Source of the DNA: Vulcanimicrobiota bacterium
GTDB taxonomy: Bacteria; Vulcanimicrobiota; Vulcanimicrobiia; Vulcanimicrobiales; Vulcanimicrobiaceae
Reading direction: 5' to 3'
DNA: 64,000 bases
NCBI GenBank assembly: GCA_963786105.1
Contig: CAWAXX010000007.1
Coordinates: forward strand, 10,241-74,240
The notes beneath the pieces were generated by a model that had not been told where the DNA came from, searched no databases, and saw only the letters and a program-made list of their open reading frames with translations. Of this stretch, positions 57,943 to 64,000 are shown piece by piece. The translations under genes and the position numbers were made by a program. How positions within the stretch are numbered: the first letter of the stretch is position 1; every line of letters begins with the position of its first letter.

Positions 57943-58919
57943 CGTGGCGCTTCGCCTTATTGCTCGCGCTCGTCGTCGCTGCCGCCGGCGCGAGCCTCTT
58001 GGTCGGGGGAACCGCGTTATCGCTGCGTGACGTGACCGACGCCATCGCCCATCCACAATCCGGCGGTGCCGTCAACGCGATCGTCTGGCAGTTGCGCCTT
58101 CCGCGCATCTGCATTGCGGCCACGGTCGGGGCCAGTCTCGCGCTGTGCGGCGCTCTCCTTCAAGGCATGTTGCGCAATCCGCTGGTCGATCCATACCTCA
58201 CCGGCGTGAGTGCCGGATCGGCGGCCGCCATTGCAATCGCCGTGCTGGCCGGCGTCGCCGCACCGTTTACGCCTGGCATCGGATTCCTCGCCGGTCTCGG
58301 CGCGGCGCTCCTGGTGGCCGCCTTGGCGCGGCGCGGCAGCGGCATCGACGCGAACCGTCTGATTCTCGCCGGCGTATCGTTGTCGACGCTCTTCGCCGCT
58401 ATCGTCACCCTGGCGATCGTGCGCGCGCAATCGAACGATTACGCGAGCGCGATCGTCGCATGGCTGGCGGGATCTATGGCGGGCCGCGGCTGGCACGATC
58501 TGGCGACCGCGGCTCCCTACGTCGCCGCCGGCGCGCTGCTCTCGGTCTGGGCGGTCTCACCGCTCAACGCACTGCGCGTCGGCGACGTGCGCGCGCGCAC
58601 CGTCGGCGTCGACGTCGATCGCGCGCAATGGATGATTCTCGGAAGCTCGTCGCTCCTAGCTGCCAGCAGCGTCGTGCTGGCGGGAATGGTGGGGTTCATC
58701 GGACTGATCGTCCCACACATCGCGCGACGTTTGGTCGGCTCGGACGCGCGCGTCTTGCTCCCCGCGTGCGCGTGCGTCGGCGCGACGCTCTGCATGCTTG
58801 CCGACGCAGTGTGCCGATGGATCGTCGCGCCCGCCGAGCTCCCCATCGGCGTTCTGCTCGCTTTCATCGGCGTTCCGGCTTTTTTGTATCTATATTTGCA
58901 TGGCGAGCGGGCGCGATGA
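57939..58919 (+). CDS. btuC: FecCD/BtuC-family ABC permease
   Basis: LRLPR, RNPLVDPYLTGVSAG, GFIGLIVPHIAR and ELPIG; GTGA overlap. Confidence 0.88.
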   Translation: MTWRFALLLALVVAAAGASLLVGGTALSLRDVTDAIAHPQSGGAVNAIVWQLRLPRICIAATVGASLALCGALLQGMLRNPLVDPYLTGVSAGSAAAIAIAVLAGVAAPFTPGIGFLAGLGAALLVAALARRGSGIDANRLILAGVSLSTLFAAIVTLAIVRAQSNDYASAIVAWLAGSMAGRGWHDLATAAPYVAAGALLSVWAVSPLNALRVGDVRARTVGVDVDRAQWMILGSSSLLAASSVVLAGMVGFIGLIVPHIARRLVGSDARVLLPACACVGATLCMLADAVCRWIVAPAELPIGVLLAFIGVPAFLYLYLHGERAR

Positions 58920-59692
58920 TCGAATTGCGCGACGTCGGCTTGGAGGTCGGCGGCCGGACGTTGCTCCAGGAACTCCACGCGCGGTTCGCGCCCGGCGAGC
59001 TGGTAGCGATCCTCGGCCGAAACGGCGTCGGAAAAACGACGCTGCTACGCGCGATCGCCGGGCTCCACGTTCCCGCTCGCGGCGGCGTCTACGTCGACGG
59101 CGCCGACGTCACTCGCCTGAACGTGATGCAGCGCGCGCTGCGCGTCGCGTTCGTCACCAGCGACGAGGTCTTACTCGACGCGCTGCGGGTTCGCGACGTC
59201 GTTGCGATCGGACGCTTCCCGCACCACCGTTGGTGGCAATGGCACGAGCGGGCGGCGGACGACGCGGCGATCGACCGGGCGCTGGAATCCGTCGGCATCG
59301 CCGGGTTTGCCCAACGGCTCTTTTCGACGCTTAGCAGCGGCGAGCGCCAGCGCGTCTGGATAGCCCTGGGCTTGGCGCAGGCGACCCCGGTGTTGCTGCT
59401 CGACGAGCCGACGAGTCATCTCGACCTGCGCGTCGCTCACGAGATCCTTGCCCTGCTGCGCGCGTTGGCAAGCGAGGGTAAGACGGTCGTGTGCGTTCTG
59501 CACGATCTTAACGACGCGGCCGCGTACGCCGATCGCATCGTGCTGCTCGGCGAGCGGCGATTGCTCTGCGCGGATTCGCCAGATGCGGTGCTCGCCGGCG
59601 ATCTGCCCGAACGCGCGTACGGCGTCGCGATGGAACGCGTGCGGTTGCACGACGGCCGGTTGCGCGTTTTCGGCACGACCGGCACAACCTAG
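58916..59692 (+). CDS. btuD: ABC transporter ATP-binding protein
   Basis: GRNGVGKTT, LSSGERQR, LLLDEPTSHLD and LHDLN. Confidence 0.88.
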   Translation: MIELRDVGLEVGGRTLLQELHARFAPGELVAILGRNGVGKTTLLRAIAGLHVPARGGVYVDGADVTRLNVMQRALRVAFVTSDEVLLDALRVRDVVAIGRFPHHRWWQWHERAADDAAIDRALESVGIAGFAQRLFSTLSSGERQRVWIALGLAQATPVLLLDEPTSHLDLRVAHEILALLRALASEGKTVVCVLHDLNDAAAYADRIVLLGERRLLCADSPDAVLAGDLPERAYGVAMERVRLHDGRLRVFGTTGTT

Positions 59693-60045
59693 TGCTTGCG
59701 GCGGCGGACGTCGGCGCCGAGCACCCAGCCGCGCCGATCGCGATTGGGGCCGGCGATGATCACGATGCCGATCGCATCGGCGACGGGGTTCAGTAGACCC
59801 GGTTGCACGAAATCCGGAATGCACGATTCGACCTCGGCGCGCGTTCCCGAACGCGCGAGCCACGCGTGCGGCAGCAGCTGTTGAGCCTCGTCGAACGTCG
59901 CCGCGTAGTACTCGCGCAGACGGAACCGGGAATCCCACACCAGGACGTCGGGATCGTCGGCACTACTGTAGAGAACGACGACGTCACCGTGATGCAGCTT
60001 GCACTGCGCGGAGGCCGGCCCGGCAAGCGAAGCGGCCATCAGCAA
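59689..60045 (-). CDS. Hypothetical secreted protein (start uncertain)
   Basis: Signal-like N-terminus followed by a globular sequence (DPDVLVWDSRFRL...RGWVLG). Confidence 0.6.
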   Translation of the reverse strand: MLMAASLAGPASAQCKLHHGDVVVLYSSADDPDVLVWDSRFRLREYYAATFDEAQQLLPHAWLARSGTRAEVESCIPDFVQPGLLNPVADAIGIVIIAGPNRDRRGWVLGADVRRRKH

Positions 60046-60068
60046 GGCGAGCAGCGTCGCGTACCGCG

Positions 60069-61444
60069 CTACGCACCCGGACCAGCCGTTTCGTTAACGC
60101 GAACCACAAGAATCGCCAAGTCGTCGCGCAGACGGTTGCCGACGATCGACCGGACTTGGGCGACGAGATTGTCGGCGAGCGCCTGCGCGCCGCGGGGCGA
60201 GCGCTCGATCAGATCGCATCGCGCCGACGTCCTGCAAGAGGTTCCCAGCGCGATCGCGCGCTTCGGTGAGGCCGTCGGTTGCCAGCACCACAGCGTCGCC
60301 GGGTCGTAAGTCGACCGTCTGCGTTCCGAACGGCTCCTCCATCACCCCAAGGACGGGGCCGGTAACCGCCAGCTGTTGCACGCTATCTGAACGTCGGACG
60401 AATGCCGAATCGTGCCCGGCGCTGGCATACTGCAGCGCAAAGGTGCGTGTGTCGAGGACCCCTACGAACATTGAAACGAAGAGATAGGGGTCCTTGACGG
60501 CTCGAGAAAACGCCGTATTGAACTCGGCGAGAATGGCACCGGGATCGCGGTCCCGCGGCGCGATGCCCCGAATCGTGAACTTGATGAACGCCGTAAGCAC
60601 GGCGGCGTCGATGCCTTTGCCGCTCACGTCGGCGATCAGCAGCAGCGCCTGCGAGTCGCTCAAGAGCTGGACGTCGAAAACGTCGCCGCCGACGGCCAAG
60701 TGGCTGCTTGCCGAGCGATAGGCCGTACCGACCTCGCAGTTGGGGAGCGGCACAGACTCGCTTTGAAACGCGCGCTGGAGCGTTTCGGTCGTCGTGCGTT
60801 CCTCTTCCAGTTCGCGGTACAGCCGCGTGCGGTAGCCGTTGAACAGAATCGCCAGCAGCCCGAAAAGCAGTAGCCAGAACGCGCGCACGTATGCCGTACG
60901 ATCGAGTTGCGCCTGGGTAGCTGCGAGCGAACGTCTCGTTGGCCGCCGCTAGTTCCGAACGGATCGCCGCCACGATGCGCGTTTCGTAATCGGAGAAGAG
61001 TTTGTTGCGTTTGTCGAGTTCGGCGAGGCGGTCGTTTGGATGCCGAAGCAGCGGAACCGCAATCTCGTCACGCCACTGGCTTTGGATTCGAAGGTACTCC
61101 GTGAGCAACTGCGCGACGCGCACCAAGCGCTCCGGCCCCAAAGTCGCGCGAATGAAGCCGATCCTCGAATCGTAAGCGGCCGCTGCCGTCAAGTATTGAT
61201 CGACGTAAAACGAGTCGTGCGTCAACGAGTAGCCGCGCAGCGCGTTTTCCTCGACGATTTGCAGGCGCAACAATTCTTCCAGCGCAAGCTGAGCGGCCTG
61301 AACGTTCGACTCGCGCGAGAACGTATAGGCGATGCTAGCCCGAGTCTGGAAGGCTCCCTGCACCGCAATAGCCAGCGCGACCACCAGGAACGCGGTCAGA
61401 AGCAACGTCCCGGTTACCCGGCCGAGCGGAGCGAGAGTCCTCAT
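60069..61444 (-). CDS. CHASE3-like sensor - PP2C/SpoIIE phosphatase (frameshifts near 60920 and 60212)
   Basis: TM helix, EENALRGYSLT periplasmic domain, TM helix, then GGDVFD, ADVSGKG, TDGLTEAR and RDDLAIL. Confidence 0.85.
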
Positions 61445-61513
61445 GACCGCGGCACCAAGGCTGTCGTGCACCGGCTAGGTGTTGGGATACGCGCCTCCGA
61501 ACGGGATTCTAGC

Positions 61514-62863
61514 ATGCAAGCCCGAGTAGATCCTGGAATTTTCAAGTCCTACGACGTTCGAGGGATTTATCCGGCCGACCTTAACGACGACGTCGCGTAC
61601 GGCATCGGGCGTTGCTTCGTGTCGATGCTCGGAGCTAAACACATCGCGGTCGGGCGCGACATGCGCCCTTCGGGTCGCAAGCTTTTCGAAGCCTTCGCGC
61701 GCGGCGCGGCCGAAACCGGAGCCGACGTTCTCGACATTGGCATGGTCTCTACCGACGCGCTGTATTTTGCAGTCGGCAAATACGGTCTCGACGGCGGCGT
61801 GATGATCACGGCCTCGCACAACCCGTCGCAATATAACGGCATGAAGTTCACGCGCTCGCAAGCGCAGGCCATTTCGCTCGACACCGGATTGTCCGAAATC
61901 CGCGACCGGCTGCTTGCCGGCGACCTGCCGCCGAAAGCCGAGCGCACCGGCACGGTCACCGGCCGCGATATTCTCGACGATTTCGCCGAGCATTGCCTAT
62001 CGTTCGTCGATCGATCGAAGATCAAGCCGTTCAAGATCGCCATCGATGCCGGCAACGGAATGGCCGGCGAAACGGTGCCGCACGTGTTCAAACGCCTCGG
62101 TTGCGAAGTTATACCCCTTTACTTCGAACTCGACGGCAGCTTTCCGAATCATCCGGCCAGTCCGATCGAACCCGAGAATATGGCCGACGTGCAGGCCGCC
62201 GTGAAGAAACACCATTGCGACGTGGGCGTCGCCTTCGACGGCGACGCCGATCGGATGTTCATCGTCGACGAGCAAGGGGGCTTGATCGACGGCAGCACGG
62301 TCACCGCGCTGGTGGCGCTCAACACGCTGAAGAAATATCCGGGGGCGAAGATTCTCTACAATCTCATCTGCAGCCGCAGCGTTCCCGAGCTGATCGAGAA
62401 GGCGGGCGGAATCCCGGTTCGCTCGAAAGTCGGACACTCGATCATCAAAGCGGTCATGCGCGAACAAGACGTGGTTTTCGGGGGCGAGCATAGCGGACAC
62501 TTCTACTTCCGCGACAACTGGTATGCCGATTCGGGCATGATCGCGTTCTTGCAGTGCCTCGAGCTGTTCAGCGAAGCGGGCAAGCCCGTCAGCCAGGTAA
62601 TCGCCCCGATCGATACGCGTTTTCGATCGGGCGAGATCAACAGCGAAGTCAAGGACATTTCGGCGAAGCTTGCGGAGATACAGGACCACTACAAGGACGC
62701 AACCATCGATCATCTCGACGGCATAACGATTTCCTATCCGGATTGGTGGATGAACGTCCGCCCTTCGAATACCGAGCCGCTATTGCGGCTTAACGTCGAA
62801 GGCGATACGAAAGAAACTATGGAGCGACATCGCGACGAGGCGCTCGCCCTCATCCGATCCTAG
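61514..62863 (+). CDS. Phosphomannomutase/phosphoglucomutase
   Basis: FKSYDVRG, TASHNP, FDGDADR, GGEHSGH and VRPSNTEP. Confidence 0.93.
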   Translation: MQARVDPGIFKSYDVRGIYPADLNDDVAYGIGRCFVSMLGAKHIAVGRDMRPSGRKLFEAFARGAAETGADVLDIGMVSTDALYFAVGKYGLDGGVMITASHNPSQYNGMKFTRSQAQAISLDTGLSEIRDRLLAGDLPPKAERTGTVTGRDILDDFAEHCLSFVDRSKIKPFKIAIDAGNGMAGETVPHVFKRLGCEVIPLYFELDGSFPNHPASPIEPENMADVQAAVKKHHCDVGVAFDGDADRMFIVDEQGGLIDGSTVTALVALNTLKKYPGAKILYNLICSRSVPELIEKAGGIPVRSKVGHSIIKAVMREQDVVFGGEHSGHFYFRDNWYADSGMIAFLQCLELFSEAGKPVSQVIAPIDTRFRSGEINSEVKDISAKLAEIQDHYKDATIDHLDGITISYPDWWMNVRPSNTEPLLRLNVEGDTKETMERHRDEALALIRS

Positions 62864-62871
62864 GAGCCTGC

Positions 62872-64000
62872 GTGCACGCAATACTGGGACCCGCATTCAT
62901 TGCACTCGGCGACGGAACGTCGACCTTCGGGCGCATCGCCGTTGAAGGCGGGCGAATCGCCGCCATTCTCCCGGCCGACGGCCCGACCGACTTTGCTTTA
63001 CCGAGCGGATGCAGCATCGCCCCCGGCCTCATCGACGTGCACACCAACGGTGCCCGAGACTTCTTATTCAACCGGGACCAAGGCTACGCCGTGCCGGTCG
63101 CGGCCGCCGAATACGCTCGCATGGGTGCGACCGGCTTCGTCGCGGGCATCATGACCGCGCCTTTCGAATCGATGCTTCACGCCGCATCCGAGGTGGTCGA
63201 AGCCGCGAATCAACTCGAGGAGGACGACCCCCACGGTGCACGCTGCTTAGGCGTACATTTCGAAGGACCGTTTCTCAATCCCAAGTTTCGGCGCGTTCAC
63301 CGGGCCGAGTGGCTGCTCCACGCGAGTACCGCGCGAGCCCGCGAGATGGTCGACGCGTGCAAGGGGGCATGTCTGCTGGTGACGATGGCGCCCGAAATCG
63401 AGGGGGCGGGCGACGCGTTGCGCGTCTTTCTCGAAAACGGCGTCGTCTGTTCGGCCGGTCATACGTCGGCACGGTATAGTGAAGGATTGCTGGCCATCGG
63501 TCTCGGCTTCCGTTCGCTGACGCACGCCTTCAACGGAATGCCGCCGCTCGATCACCGCGATCCGTCGATACTTGCCGCCTTCATCCAAGATCGCCGAACG
63601 CAAGTGCAATTCATTTGCGACGGTTTTCACGTGTCGCCCGTCATGGTCGATCTGCTGCATCGTACGCTCGGCGATCGCCTGGTGCTCGCCACCGACAACA
63701 TGCCGCCGGCGGACCCCGGCTATCACATCGACGGCGGCGTCATGCGCTCTGCCGACGGCACGATTGCCGGAAGCGCTCTACGGATGGACGAGGCAGTTCG
63801 CAACTATATGTCGTACGCGCAAATCCCGTTCGCGCAAGCGATCGTCGCAGCCACCTACGCTCCTTCGAAGATGATTCACCACGACGGGGAGATGGGCCGA
63901 ATCGCTCTGCGGATGCGAGCCGATCTATCGTTCTGGGATAAGGACTACCGCATCGTCGGCACGATGGTGGGCGGCAACTTTGTCTACAACCAAACCGAAG
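62872..64000 (+). CDS. nagA: N-acetylglucosamine-6-phosphate deacetylase, 3'-partial (absent from the ORF track)
   Basis: AGGAG followed by GTG 62872; PGLIDVHTNG, GVHFEGPFLNP, TMAPE, THAFNGM, DGFHV and GTIAGS; no stop before the window end. Confidence 0.9.
   Translation, partial: MHAILGPAFIALGDGTSTFGRIAVEGGRIAAILPADGPTDFALPSGCSIAPGLIDVHTNGARDFLFNRDQGYAVPVAAAEYARMGATGFVAGIMTAPFESMLHAASEVVEAANQLEEDDPHGARCLGVHFEGPFLNPKFRRVHRAEWLLHASTARAREMVDACKGACLLVTMAPEIEGAGDALRVFLENGVVCSAGHTSARYSEGLLAIGLGFRSLTHAFNGMPPLDHRDPSILAAFIQDRRTQVQFICDGFHVSPVMVDLLHRTLGDRLVLATDNMPPADPGYHIDGGVMRSADGTIAGSALRMDEAVRNYMSYAQIPFAQAIVAATYAPSKMIHHDGEMGRIALRMRADLSFWDKDYRIVGTMVGGNFVYNQTE

Noticed and set aside
1..64000. CRISPR arrays, tRNA/rRNA genes, transposases, integrases, reverse transcriptases and phage genes
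   Set aside because: None was recognised. The only periodic repeats are coding repeats in the first ORF, which have no spacer structure.

Overview
A GC-rich bacterial chromosomal window with about 55 genes. Gene style (NHL-repeat and S53 lipoproteins, SpoIIE sensor fusions, a TonB-dependent receptor) suggests a diderm soil lineage such as Ca. Eremiobacterota; this is inference only. In order: (1) a rearranged-looking 0.7-3.1 kb zone with an AT-richer islet encoding two convergent small proteins whose C-termini align with type III secretion needle subunits (SctF/PrgI), beside a 5'-truncated TPR gene; (2) a multicopper oxidase/FG-GAP fusion with Leu at the T1-copper axial site, a structured 5' leader and a partner ABM membrane protein; (3) a xanthine-dehydrogenase-family molybdoenzyme; (4) signalling, secreted and repair genes; (5) kynA-kynU-MATE, an MgtE cytosolic domain plus an Nramp-like transporter, PucR plus a degenerate GlnA-like protein, an aromatic amino acid decarboxylase, an aldo/keto reductase and RidA; (6) a complete nuoA-N operon on the minus strand with a perfect Rex-type operator; (7) cobamide salvage genes (cobalamin riboswitch, btuB/C/D, btuF, cobU), hflX, a phosphomannomutase and a partial nagA. 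Many single-base frameshifts, mostly in nuo, look like long-read errors and create false fusions in the ORF track. I saw no rRNA, tRNA, CRISPR array, transposase or integrase. All family calls come from motif recognition by eye, not database searches.
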